From Eledone cirrhosa (Eukaryota): a DNA stretch of 64,000 nt. Below, piece by piece: positions 1-13,046 of this stretch. Position 1 is the first letter of the stretch. Each line of letters opens with the position of its first letter. The notes under the pieces were generated by a model. It had not been told where the DNA came from, did no database searches, and worked only from the letters and a program-made list of their open reading frames with translations. Location: the NCBI GenBank assembly GCA_964016885.1, contig OZ024763.1, positions 10,106,001-10,170,000 on the forward strand. The letters are read 5' to 3'. The position numbers and the translations under genes are program-made.

Positions 1-3000
1 CATCATAAATGAATAACTGACTCAAAAATGTCTAAAACATCGTCATAAATGACGAAAAAGACTCTACGATGGTTAAAACGGCATCATAAATGACGAAAAT
101 GACTCTAAAAGGGCGAAACGGCATTATATATGACTGAAACGACTCTAAAATGGCTAAAACAGCATCATAAACGACCAAAATGATCCTTAAATAGCTAAAA
201 CGGCATCATAAATGACTAAAATGACTCTGAAATAGCTAAAGCAGCATCATAAATGACTAAAACGACTGAAAAATGTCTAAAGCGGCATCATAAATTACGA
301 AAATAACTCTAAAAGGGCTAAAACAGCATCATAAATGACTAAAATAACATCAAAATGGCTTGAACAGCATCATAAATGAGTAAAACGACTCAAAATTGTC
401 TAAAACGTCATCATAAATGACGAAAATAACACCAAAATGGCTAAAACAGCATCACAAATGAGGAAGATGACTCTAAAAGGGCTAAAACGGCATTATATAT
501 GACTGAAACGACTTAAAAAACGCTAAAACGACCAAAATGATTCTTAAATGGCTAAAACGGCGTCATAAATGAATAAAATGACTCTGAAATAGTTAAAGCA
601 ACATCATAATTGAATAAAACGACTGAAAAATGCCTAAAGCAGCATCATAAATGACGAAAATGACTCTAAAATGGCTAAAACAGCATCATAATGGCTAAAA
701 CACTAGCATAAATGAGGAAAATGACTCTAAAATGGCTAAAACAGCACCATAAATGACGAAATAGACGCTTAAATGAATAAAACGACATCATAAATGAGGA
801 AAATGACTCTAAAATGTCTAAAGCGGCATCATAAATGACGAAATAGACGCTTAAATGAATAAAACGGCATCATAAATCAGTAAAATGACTCTAAAAGAGC
901 TAAAACGGGATCATAAATGACTAAAATAGCATCAAAATGGCTTAAACGGCATCATAAATGAATAAACGACTCAAAAATGTATAAAACGTCATCATAAATG
1001 ACGAAAAAGACTCTACAATGGTTAACACAGCATCATAAATGACGAAAATGACTCTAAAAGGGCTAAAACGGCATTATATATAACTGAAACGACTCTAAAA
1101 ATGCTAAAACAGCGTCATAAACGACAAAATGATAATAAATTGCTAAAACTGCATCATAAATAACTAAAATGACTCTGAAATAGCTAAAGCAGCATCATAA
1201 ATGACTAAAATGACTGAAAAATGTCTAAAGCGGCATCATAAATGACAAAAATAACTCTAAAAGGGCTAAAACAGCATCATAAATGACTAAAATAACACCA
1301 AAATGGCTTGAACGGCATCATGAATGAGTAAAACGACTCAAAAATGTCTAAAACGTCATCATAAATGACGAAAATTACTCTACAATGGCTAAAACAGCAT
1401 CATAAATAACAAAAATGACTCTAAAAGGGCTAAAACGGCATTATATATGACTGAAACGACTTAAAAAACGCTAAAACAGCGTCATAAACGACCGAAATGA
1501 TAATAAATTGCTAAAACTGCATCACAAATAACTAAAATGACTCTGAAATAGCTAAAGCAGCATCATAAATGACTAAAACGACTGAAAAATGTCTAAAGCT
1601 GCATCATAAATTACGAAAATAACTCTAAAAGAGCTAAAACAGCATCATAAATGACTAAAATAACATCAAAATGGCTTGAACAGCATCATAAATGAGTAAA
1701 ACGACTCAAAATTGTCTAAAACGTCATCATAAATGACGAAAATAACACCAAAATGGCTAAAACAGCATCACAAATGAGGAAGATGACTCTAAAAGGGCTA
1801 AAACAGCATTATATATGACTGAAACGACTTAAAAAACGCTAAAACAACCAAAATGATTCTTAAATGGCTAAAACGGCGTCATAAATGAATAAAATGACTC
1901 TGAAATAGTTAAAGCAACATCATAATTGAATAAAACGACTGAAAAATGCCTAAAGCAGCATCATAAATGACGAAAATGACTCTAAAATGGCTAAAACAGC
2001 ATCATAATGGCTAAAACACTAGCTAAAATGAGGAAAATGACTCTAAAATGGCTAAAACAGCACCATAAATGACGAAATAGACGCTTAAATGAATAAAACG
2101 ACATCATAAATGAGGAAAATGACTCTAAAATATCTAAAGCGGCATCATAAATGACGAAATAGACGCTTAAATGAATAAAACGGCATCATAAATGAGTAAA
2201 ATGACTCTAAAAGAGCTAAAACGGGATCATAAATGACTAAAATAGCATCAAAATGGCTTAAATGGCATCATAAATGAATAAACGACTCAAAAATGTATAA
2301 AACGTCATCATAAATGACGAAAAAGACTGTACAATGGCTAAAACAGCATCATAAATGACGAAAATGACTCTAAAAGGGCTAAAACGACATTATGTATGCT
2401 GAAACGACTCTAAAAACGCTAAACCAGCGTCATAAACGACCAAAATGATTCTTAAATGGCTAAAACTGCATCATAAATATCTAAAATGACTCTAAAATAG
2501 CTAAAGCAGCATCATAAATGACTAAAACGACTGAAAAATGTATAAAGCGGCATCATAAATAACAAAAATAACTCTAAAATGGCTAAACCAGCATCATAAA
2601 TGATGAAAATGACGCTTAAATGAATAAAATGGCATCATGAATGTGTAAAATGACTCTAAAAGGACTAAAACGGCATCATAAATGACTAAAATAACACCAA
2701 AATGGCTTGAAAGGCATCATAAATGACTAAAACGACTCAAAAATGTTTAAAACGTCATCATAAATGACGAAAATGACTCTACAATGGCTAAAACAGCTTC
2801 ATAAATGACTAAAATGACTCTAAAAGGGCGAAACGGCATTATATATGACTGAAACGACTCTAAAAACGCTAAAACAGCGTCATAAACGACCAAAATGATT
2901 CTTAAATAGCTAAAACGGCATCATAAATGACTAAAATGACTCTGAAATAGCTAAAGCAGCATAATAAATGAATAAAACGACTGAAAAATGCCTAAAGCGG

Positions 3001-3503
3001 CATCATAAATGTCGAAAATGACTCTAAAATGGCTACAACAGCATCATAATGGTTAAAATGACGCTTTAAATGACTAAAACGGCATCATAAATGAGTAAAA
3101 TGACTCTAAAAGGGCTAAAACGGCATCATAAACGACTAAAATAACACCAAAATGGCTAAAACAGCATCATAATGACTAAAACACTAGCATAAATGAGGAA
3201 AATGACTCTAAATGGCTAAAACAGCATCGTAAATGTCGAAAATGACGCTTAAAGGAAGAAAACGGCATCGTAAATGAGTAAAATGGCTGTCAAATGGCTA
3301 AAACCGCATCATAAATGACGAAAATGACGCTTAAATGACTAAAACGGCATCATAAAGGACTAAAATAACACCAAAATGGCTCAAACGGCATCATAAATGA
3401 ATAACTGACTCAAAAATGTCTAAAACGTCGTCATAATTGACGAAAAAGACTCTACAATGGTTAAAACAGCATCATAAATGACGAAAATGACTCTAAAAGG
3501 GCT
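1..3503. repeat. 41-bp satellite array, left part (runs off window start)
   Basis: Tandem diverged monomers, consensus ~GGCATCATAAATGACTAAAATGACTCTAAAAGGGCTAAAAC. Longer blocks recur at ~1316-bp offset (e.g. 541 vs 1857). Confidence 0.95.
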
Positions 3504-3840
3504 TATAGCGAAGATACTGGGTTGTATGAATGTAACAAAGAGACTTGGTTTGTGTGTATAATATTTAATTAACAATTTAACAGTATAGTTGACATTTCAA
3601 AGAAATAGATGAAAGAATGAAGCAAAGTTAGTAGTTACCGTTTTGATTGCCAGGCAAACGCAGGCTGGCAGAAGACGCCTGGCCAAGGCCAGGCGCCGGT
3701 AGGGCAAATGAGAGGGAGAGAGCCGAAGGCTATTCGTTTTATAGGGCTCTGCCGGAAGTTACAGAAAGGGTTCTACTTCCCGTCTAGATGTTGTTAATCT
3801 ATTGGGGTTGTGAGTCACAACAAGGGAGACAACCGCTACA
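3504..3840 (-). repeat. 3' LTR (337 bp)
   Basis: Ends TATAGCG...CGCTACA on + (imperfect inverted termini). Minus-strand TATAAAA at 3737-3743 and ATTAAA at 3564-3569. Confidence 0.92.
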
Positions 3841-5115
3841 TAACCTCCCGCCAGAATTTTAGAACATAAAAATCGCATGAAATATGTAGCAAGTTGGCGA
3901 GAATGTTGTAACAGGCATGAAAATTACGACAAAAGAATGTTTGCAAAAATCAATGATAGATATCAAGGTAGCCAACCGCTCTTGGCCAGAGAACGACTGG
4001 ACATCTATCTATCCATCACCCAAAGATACAATGTAATAAAGTAAGAGAAGAGCTCAAAGTTCAAATGTACAAAATATAGTTCACAGGTGTGCAATCACAT
4101 GACAGCAGGAAAGAATGTGTGTTTCAGAGAATGAATGCAGGTGGTTTCTGTTCTGTGGTATATCGTGAAATTTCCAACCTCCGAATGGATTTTCTCACAG
4201 GAAGAGTGCTGCAAAAATAAATTCTCTGGCTTGTTCTGCTGGTTTTGGTTGTTGGTGAAGCTGTGTTGCTGTCTCGCGGAGTGAGCGTATTCGGTGTTTA
4301 AATTCACAGTAAAAAAAATTTTTTCAGAACAAATGAGTTGCGCAAAGTGCTAGAAATAACAGCCGAAGTTGATGGTCGATGTTGAGATGTTGAGAATGCG
4401 TTGACCTGGAAGGGTCAAGAGGCCAGCGACCAAATAAATAAGCATTCTGAATAAATGCGCAGTTTTCAACGGCAAATTTACGTGGTAAATTTTTAAACCG
4501 GCAAATAGGAGAATATAGCTTAAGGCTGAAGAATCCTTGGCGAGAAACGTTATCTCTGGCGTGCGGCTATCTCTGTGAGTCGAGATATTTCTGTGAGTCG
4601 AGAATTTGTGCTGCCCACACGTGCCAACACAAGGTTAAGCTAGGTTGAAAAAATAATATTTCTAACGCGCGAGAAAATGATAGTACAAGTGTGAAAGTGA
4701 CAATGATGAAAAAGAAAGGCTTCACCTAGCATAATTATTGGTGTGAACTTTGGAAAAAAAAAACTTGAACGATGAAGAAAACGATAAAAAAAAGGCAATG
4801 GTTCATCGAAAATAAATGTTCCTGTTGAAATGTTTTTTAAAGAATATCAAATTTCTTTTTTTTGTTTTGAAAGTGTTCGTTGTAAGAAACGAGAAACATA
4901 TATATATATCGTGAAATGCGACAGTTAGTTGATGCGTGAGAGAAAAAGTCTGTCTGTGCGAAAATTTCACATGTGCGTGGTGTGTTCGTTTCTTTTACTG
5001 AGTATTTTCATAGTTTGTCAATAAATTTGCTGTGTATTCGTAATGTTACTCACACAACTCCAGAATCTGCTATTTTTTTTCTTTTTTCGGGGTGACCACT
5101 TATAGCGATGAACGA

Positions 5116-5145
5116 CTGCGTGTTCGTATCACGTCGGGGTCACCA
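5116..5145 (-). promoter_or_regulatory. Primer-binding site complementary to the tRNA-Trp 3' end, extended to ~30 nt
   Basis: + strand CTGCGTGTTCGTATCACGTCGGGGTCACCA matches the metazoan tRNA-Trp T-arm, acceptor strand and CCA as I recall it (CTGCGTGTTCGAATCACGTCGGGGTCA-CCA), with one mismatch. Confidence 0.85.
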
Positions 5146-5146
5146 A

Positions 5147-5483
5147 TATAGCGAAGATACTGGGTTGTATGAATGTAACAAAGAGACTTGGTTTGTGTGT
5201 ATAATATTTAATTAACAATTTAACAGTATAGTTGACATTTCAAAGAAATAGATGAAAGAATGAAGCAAAGTTAGTAGTTACCGTTTTGATTGCCAGGCAA
5301 ACGCAGGCTGGCAGAAGACGCCTGGCCAAGGCCAGGCGCCGGTAGGGCAAATGAGAGGGAGAGGGCCGAAGGCTATTCGTTTTATAGGGCTTTGCCGCAA
5401 GTTACAGAAAGGGTTCTACTTCCCGTCTAGATGTTGTTAATCTATTGGGATTGTGAGTCACAACAAGGGAGACAACCGCTACA
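5147..5483 (-). repeat. 5' LTR (337 bp)
   Basis: Near-identical to 3504-3840; followed on the minus strand by the PBS after a 1-nt spacer. Confidence 0.92.
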
Positions 5484-7780
5484 GGCTAAAACGGCATTAT
5501 ATATGACTGAAACGACTCTAAAAATGCTAAAACATCGTCATAAACGACAAAATGATAATAAATTGCTAAAACTGTATCATAAATAACTAAAATGACTCTG
5601 AAATAGCTAAAGCAGCATCATAAATGACTAAAACGACTGAAAAATGTCTAAAGCGGCATCATAAATGACAAAAATAACTCTAAAAGGGCTAAAACAGCAT
5701 CATAAATGACTAAAATAACTCCAAAATGGCTTGAATGGCATCATGAATGAGTAAAACGACTCAAAAATGTCTAAAACGTCATCATAAATGACGAAAATTA
5801 CTCTACAATGGCTAAAACAGCATCAAAAATGAGGAAGATGACTCTAAAAGGGCTAAAACGGCATCATAAATGACTAAAATAACACCAAAATGGCTCAAAC
5901 GGCATCATAAATGAATAACTGACTCAAAAATGTCTAAAACGGCGTCATAAATGAATAAAATGACTCTGAAATAGTTAAAGCAGCATCATAAATGAATAAA
6001 ACGACTGAAAAATGCCTAAAGCGGCATCATAAATGACGAAAATGACTCTAAAATGGCTAAAACACTAGCATAAATGAGTAAAATGACTCTAAAATGACTA
6101 AAACAGCATCATAAATGACGAAAATGACTCTAAAAGGGCTAAAAGGACATTATATAAGCTGAAACGACTCTAAAAACGCTAAAACAGCGTCATAAACGAC
6201 CAAAATGATTCTTAAATGGCTAAAACTGCATCATAAATATCTAAAATGACTCTGAAATAGCTAAAGCAGCATCATAAATGACTAAAACGACTGAAAAATG
6301 TATAAAGCGGCATCATAAATAACAAAAATAACACTAAAATGGCTAAACCAGCATCATAAATGATAAAAATGACGCTTAAATGAATAAAACGGCATCATGA
6401 ATGAGTAAAATGACTCTAAAAGGACTAAAACGGCATCATAAATGACTAAAAGAACACCAAAATGGCTTGAACGGCATCATAAATGACTAAAACGACTCAA
6501 AAATGTCTAAAACGTCATCATAAATGACGAAAATGACTCTACAATGGCTAAAACAGCATCATAAATGACTAAAATGACTCTAAAAGGGCGAAACGGCATT
6601 ATATATGACTGAAACGACTCTAAAAACGATAAAACAGCGTCATAAACGACCAAAATGATTCTTAAAGAGCTAAAACGGCATCATAAATGACTAAAATGAC
6701 TCTGAAATAGCTAAAGCAGCATAATAAATGAATAAAACGACTGAAAAATGACAAAAGCGGCATCATAAATGTCGAAAATGACTCTAAAATGGCTACAACA
6801 GCATCATAATGGTTAAAATGACGCTTTAAATAACTAAAACGGCATCATAAATGAGTAAAATGACTCTAAAAGGGCTCAAACGGCATCATAAACGACTAAA
6901 ATGACTCTAAAATGGCTAAAACAGCATCATAATGGCTAAAACACTAGCATAAATGAGGAAAATGACTCTAAAATGGCTAAAACAGCATCATAAATGACTA
7001 AAATAACACCAAAATGGCTAAAACGGCATCATAAACGTTTAAAACGACTCAAAAATGTCAAAAATGGCATCATAAAAGAGGAAAATGACTTTAAATTGGC
7101 TAAAACTGCATTATCAAAGACTAGAATGACTCTAAAAGGGTTAAAACGGCATCATGAATGACTAAAACAGCATCATAATGGCTAAAACACTATCATAAAT
7201 GAGGAAAATGATTCTAAAATGGCTAAAACGGCATCATGAATGAGTAAAATGACTCTAAAAGGGCTAAAACGGCATCATAAATTACTAAAACGACTCGAAA
7301 ATAGCTAAAACAGCGTCATAGATGACTAAAACGACTCAAAAATGTCTAAAACGGCATTAAATTACTCTAAAAGGGCTAAAACGGCATTATATATAACTGA
7401 AACGACTCTAAAAACGCTAAAACAGCGCCATAAACGACCAAAATAATTAAATGACTCTGCAATAGCTAAAACAGCATCATAAAGGCTAAAACACGAAAAT
7501 GACTCTAAAATGGCTAAAACTGCATTATCAAAGACTAAAATGACGCTTAAATAACTAAAACGGCATCATAATTGACTACAGCAACACTAAAATGGCTAAA
7601 ACGACATCATAAATGAAGAAAATGACTCAAAAATGGCTAAAACGGCATCGTAAATGACTAACACGACGCAAAAATGTTTAAAACGGCATCATATAAGACA
7701 AAAATGACTCTAAAATAGGTAAAACGGCATCATAATGGCTAAAACACGAAAATGACTCTAAAATGGCTAAAACTGCGTTA
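5484..7780. repeat. 41-bp satellite array, right part, more degenerate toward its edge
   Basis: Same monomer resumes in register after the TSD. Confidence 0.95.
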
Positions 7781-8713
7781 AAATTGAATTAAATTAAATT
7801 AATTAATTAATTAATTTTATTTTGTTTTATTTTAATTTATTTTAATTAATTTAATACATTAATTAATTAAATTAATTAATTAATTAATTAAAATTAATTA
7901 AAATGAAATGAAATAAAATAAAATAAAATAAAATAAAATAAAATAAAATAAAATAAAATAAAATTAAAATAATTATTAAATTGATTAATTAATTAATGAA
8001 ATAAAATAAAATAAAATAAATTAAATTAAATTAAATTAAATTAAATTAAATTAAAATAATTATATAATTAATTAATTAAAATAAAATAAAATAAAATAAA
8101 ATAAAATAAAATAAAATAAAATAAAATAAAATAAAATAAAAATAAAATAAAATAAAACAAAACTAAACAAAACTAAACTAAACTAAATTAAATTAAATTA
8201 ATTAATTTAAATTAAATTAATTAATTACATTAAATTAAATTAATTTAAATTAATTAATTAAATTAATTAATTAATTAATTAATTAAATTTTAATTAATTA
8301 ATTAAATCAATTAAAATAAAATAAAATATTTTAAATTAAATAATTAATTAATTACTAAAATAAAATAAAATAAAATAAAATAAAATAAAATAAAATAAAA
8401 TAAAATAAAATTAATTAAATTAAATTAAATTAAATTAAATTAAAATAATTATTAAATTAATTAATGAAATAAAATAAAATAAAATAAAATAAATTAAATT
8501 AAAATAATTATATAATAAATTAAAATAAAATAAAATAAAATAAAATAAAATAAAATAAAATAAAATAAAATAAAATAAAATAAAATAAAATAAATTAAAT
8601 TAAATTAAATTAAATTAAATTAAATCAAATCAAATTAAATTAAATTAAAATATTAATTAATTAATTATTTTATTTAATTCAATTTATTTTATTTTATTTA
8701 TTTTAATTAATTA
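7781..8713. repeat. AT-rich pentanucleotide microsatellite (AAAAT/AAATT/AATT)n
   Basis: Direct inspection. Confidence 0.95.
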
Positions 8714-9353
8714 ACACACAGACACAGACACAGACACACAGACACACACACAGATAGACACAGACACAAGCACACAGACAGACAGACACACAGAAACACT
8801 GACACAGACACCCAGACACAGAAACACAAACACAGACAGACACACAGACACAGACACAGAGACACAGACACTGACACAGAAACACAGACACACAGAGACA
8901 CAAACACAGACACTGAAACACAGACACTGACACAGACAGACATACATACACAGACACTGACACACAGACACTGACACATACACACAGAATACAGACATAG
9001 ACACACAGACACTGACACAGCCACAGAGATAGACACACAGACACAGAAATACAAACACAGACACATAGACACAGATACACAAACACAGACAGACACACAC
9101 ACAGATACAGACACAGACATGCAGACACAGACACACAGACACAGGCATACAGACACACGCATACAGACACAGACAGACAGATGCAGACATACAGACACAG
9201 AGTCACAGACACACAGAGATAGACATGCAGACACAGACACACAGGCACACAGACAGAGACAGAGACAGACACAGACACAAACACAGACACACAGAAACAC
9301 ATACAGAGACACAGACACACAGGCACTGACACAGATACAGACACAGACACACA
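8714..9353. repeat. (ACACAG)n-type degenerate microsatellite
   Basis: Direct inspection; source of the spurious VSVC/QTQT ORFs. Confidence 0.95.
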
Positions 9354-9495
9354 GATTGTTAGCTGTCATCAGCACCGTATACCTTCCTGTCAATCGATTG
9401 AACGTTTAAAGTATATACTTTTCTTATGCATATTAACGGCTCAGCAGCCTAATTTGCATATCGAGTGAGTTAGTCAGCCAGGCGTACCGAAAACG

Positions 9496-9756
9496 ATAAA
9501 TGGAAAAAATAAAATTTCATTTCTCACTCTTACAGTAGTATGTGTGGCTAATAATTCGGGATGTTTGTTTACAAACAAACCGAGCATTATGATAAATGTT
9601 CGGTAAACCCATACGTACATATATATGTGTGCATGTATGTATATATATACATACTACTGTACGTCTGTATACATATATGTATGTGCGTATACATACTCAT
9701 ATTTAAGTATCAGCCGTACTAAGAGTGAGAAATGAAATTTCATTTTTTCCATTTAT
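9496..9756. mobile_element. Small element with 37-bp terminal inverted repeats (MITE-like)
   Basis: 9496-9532 is the reverse complement of 9720-9756 with one mismatch. Confidence 0.6.
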
Positions 9757-9957
9757 AAATATATATATATATATAAATATATATATATAAATATTTATAT
9801 ATATATATATATATATATCTACATATATATCTATATATATATCTATATACATTTATATATATAAATATATATATATATATAAATGTATATATATAAATAT
9901 TTATATATATATATATATATATCTACATATATATCTATATATATATATATATACATT

Positions 9958-9989
<32 letters not shown>

Positions 9990-10051
9990 AATATTTATAT
10001 ATATATATATATATATCTACATATATATCTATATATATATCTATATACATT

Positions 10052-10087
<36 letters not shown>

Positions 10088-10275
10088 AATGTATATAGAT
10101 ATATATATAGATATATATGTAGATATATATATATATATATATATATAAATATTTATATATATATATTTATATTTATATATATATATATATTTATATATAT
10201 ATTTATATTTATATTTATATATATATATATATTTATATATATATTTATATATATATATATTTATATATATATTTA
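9757..10275. repeat. (TA)n-rich microsatellite with internal inverted segment
   Basis: Direct inspection. Confidence 0.9.
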
Positions 10276-10313
10276 ATTATAAATGTGTTGAGAGAGAAAC
10301 TGTATCTGAGAGG

Positions 10314-10581
10314 GATAGAATGTAGTGTACGGGAGAGGAGACTGAGGTGGTATGGACATGTGATGCGTATGGAGGATGACCGATGGGTGAAGAAGTGCCA
10401 GGAAATGCCAGTTGAAGACGTGGTAGAGGTAGACCACGAAAAACATGGGCGGAGGTGGTGAGAACAGACCTCAGATCATTGAAGCTCACGGTGGAGATGA
10501 CGAGGGACCGTGACGAGTGGAGAGATGCTGTGCTGAATAAGACCCGTCCCACCCTTGCAAGCAGGGAAAAGCGGACGTAAA

Positions 10582-10612
<31 letters not shown>
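10314..10612 (+). mobile_element. RTE-clade LINE 3' fragment with (GAT)n tail
   Basis: Encodes [23 protein letters not shown]...GRGRPRKTW. Near-identical to 22352-22640. Confidence 0.85.
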
Positions 10613-10613
<1 letters not shown>

Positions 10614-11394
10614 ATGACGAGTAAGTATGTTTTGAAACAGTGAGCAAGTTTGAAATTAGAAAATAGAATAGCTTTCACTGTATTTTTGACTAAAGAAATT
10701 TTAGCCCGATAGTGGGGTTTAGAACCCTCTGACGAAACAAGTGAAGAAAAGAAATCCTTCATCAGCTGTAAAACCGAGATCAAGATGTTTTGGCGCTTAA
10801 CACCATAAAATAGAATTTCTTTTACAACCCTACTGTTGCCAATCCCATCGAATTTGTCTCTAGCTTACAACCCCCCTCCACATCTGAACTCTAGACCAGT
10901 CGATTAACACAATTGAGATACACATATTTATAGAATAATTCCTTTGTCCTAAAAAACAATATTGTTCTACCACCACTACTGCTGCTACTTCATGACTACA
11001 CCTCTCTCTATATACAGGAGAGTTCATTCTCCAGTTTCCTTCTCAACAAGGAAGAGGAAAAAAACTTACCTCTTAATTTTAAATCTTTAATTTTTATTAA
11101 TTCTTTTTAATTGTAATACTAAACATTTGATAAGATGAATTTTACTAACATTGAAACCAGCAGTAATACTTTATATACTTTATAAAACTCTTTTTTAAAA
11201 GAATTGTCCCTCTCATCTTTTCAATAATTGTTTCTGCTTTAGGCACAAGGCCAGTAATTACCCAGTGCATTACTGGTACTTTATTTTATCGACCTCGTAA
11301 TTCAATAATGTCACTTTGACGAATCAAAGAAAGGAAAAAAAAGAAAAACAGACCCTAAAATATATTTTCTGTGCTATTTCCACCTTCACCTTCA

Positions 11395-11437
<43 letters not shown>

Positions 11438-11734
11438 AAGTGATCCCTCCTGAAGCCACGACAAAACAAGAGTCCAGCCCAAACTATATTGGTCATGACA
11501 AAAGCAAGTGCCCAGTTCACACTGTCCCCTGACCTGATCCCTCACAAAGGGACAGCCCATCTTAACCATGATAGCATGGAAGATGAATGTTAAATGATGA
11601 TGATGATATATATATATATATATATGTATAGTATATATAATGTATATAGCATATTTTAAATGATTTATAGACACAGAATATATGGTAAAAAGTAAAGTTG
11701 GGGACAAAACAGAGAGGGAAGAATAGAAAAGAAG

Positions 11735-12850
11735 TTGATCCAAGATCGTAGATGTTATATATTTGCGAAAGCATTCAATTCTGTGCCACACAAAACTCTC
11801 TGCAATGGGTGTGAAGGATGATCTTTTTAACTGGTTGAAATCCTTCATTCTCAGTCAAAGAGAGGTAGTCACGGTTCTGGGACAGCATTCCTCACCATAT
11901 GAGATGTCATCTGGTGTACCACAGGGATCTGTTCTTGGCTCCCTTTTGTTTGTGGCATATATTAATGACATAGATGCCAACTTAAAGAATGCCACAGTAC
12001 TAAAGTACGCAGACGACATCAAGCTGTACCTTGAGATAAAAAGGACAGATCCTGAACACTATAGATCTTGCTTGCAGTCTGACCTGGACACAATGCAACA
12101 ATGGATCTCAGACTGGCAACTCAAGCTAGCTGTGGACAAGTGCACCACCATGCATTTTGGGAGTAAAAACCCATCATCCACATACTCCCTCCACAGCACT
12201 AATATCAAGAAGTCTTCTTGTGAACGTGACCTGGGCATTACTCTCAGCAGCGATTTGCGTTGGACGAGGCATGTCTCTAAAATTGTCAAGAGAGCCGAGG
12301 GTGTCTTAGCATCACTCAGCAAGAGCTTTGTCAGCCACTCTCCAGATATCTATTTAAGGCTGTACATGGCTATGGTGCGACCACACTTAGGTTCCAGTCT
12401 GGAACCCCTATCTTGCTCAGAACATTGACCGCCTGGAAACTGTTCAGAGACGTGCAACCAAGCGAATACCCTCCATCAGGCATCTACAATACTCCGAGCG
12501 CCTTGCTTCCCTGGGCATGGATACATTGAAGCTCCGACGCCTGGCAACTGACTTGGTAAACACCCACAAAATTGTTAACGATGTTGCCAACAACAACCCT
12601 GAGTACCTTTTCGATTTCCATGTGTCTAACACACGTGGACATGCCCACAAAGTAAGAAAACAGCACAGTTCCCATGACTTTCGGAAACATTTTTTCACGC
12701 TCAGAGTTGCTGAAGCATGGAACAAAGTACCTGCATCAGATGTTAGCTGTCGAGACACTGCATCCTTTCAGGCCTCCATGCTTCCCCGAGATCCGCCAAC
12801 ATTACAGCTAACACATACACACATGTACTTCCCTGACATTTGTGTATTAT
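11735..12850 (+). mobile_element. CR1/L2 (jockey-like) LINE ORF2 fragment, reverse transcriptase, frameshifted
   Basis: SGVPQGSVLGSLLF and KYADD RT motifs, ERDLGI, and C-terminal NTRGH...FFTLRVAEAWN. Confidence 0.88.
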
Positions 12851-12857
12851 TCTATGT

Positions 12858-13046
12858 CGGTCGATTGGCAGTATCAGTAAAGGGTCGGACGCCATGCTTT
12901 CCAGCATAGTTACGTCCCTTTACGATCTGAGTTCAAATCCCGCCGAGGTTGACTTTGCCTTTCATCCTTACGGGGTCGATAAAATAAAGTACCAGTAATG
13001 CACTGGGTAATTGCTGGCCTTGTGCCTAAAGTAGAAACAATTATTC
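12858..13046 (+). mobile_element. tRNA-derived SINE family A
   Basis: A-box TGGCAGTATCAG, B-box GAGTTCAAATCC, core CTTTCATCCTTACGGGGTCGATAAAATAAAGTACCAG, (ATT)n tail. Many copies in the window. Confidence 0.85.

Larger units (their letters stand above)
3504..5483 (-). mobile_element. Complete non-autonomous LTR retrotransposon (TRIM/LARD-like, probably Gypsy-mobilised) inserted in the satellite
   Basis: Two 337-bp direct LTRs (3504-3840, 5147-5483; ~4 mismatches) and 4-bp TSD GGCT (3500-3503, 5484-5487). Minus-strand PBS TGGTGACCCCGACGTGAT (5128-5145) and purine-rich tract GGCGGGAGG (3844-3852) next to the 3' LTR. No long ORF in the 1.3-kb interior. Confidence 0.93.

Noticed and set aside
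4095-4307. 70-aa ORF inside the LTR element as gag
   Set aside because: No recognisable gag or pol motif and too short.
5116-5145. tRNA-Trp gene
   Set aside because: Only the 3' 30 nt is present, it includes an encoded CCA, and it sits at the LTR boundary, so it is a PBS.
1-7780. Regularly spaced repeats resembling a CRISPR array
   Set aside because: Contiguous tandem monomers without unique spacers, eukaryotic context, no cas genes.
8703-9409. 200+ aa ORFs rich in V/S/C or Q/T
   Set aside because: Translations of an ACACAG microsatellite.
10735-10785. Possible hammerhead (CTGACGA ... AAAAC)
   Set aside because: GAAA core and stem I are not convincingly intact; at most a decayed copy.
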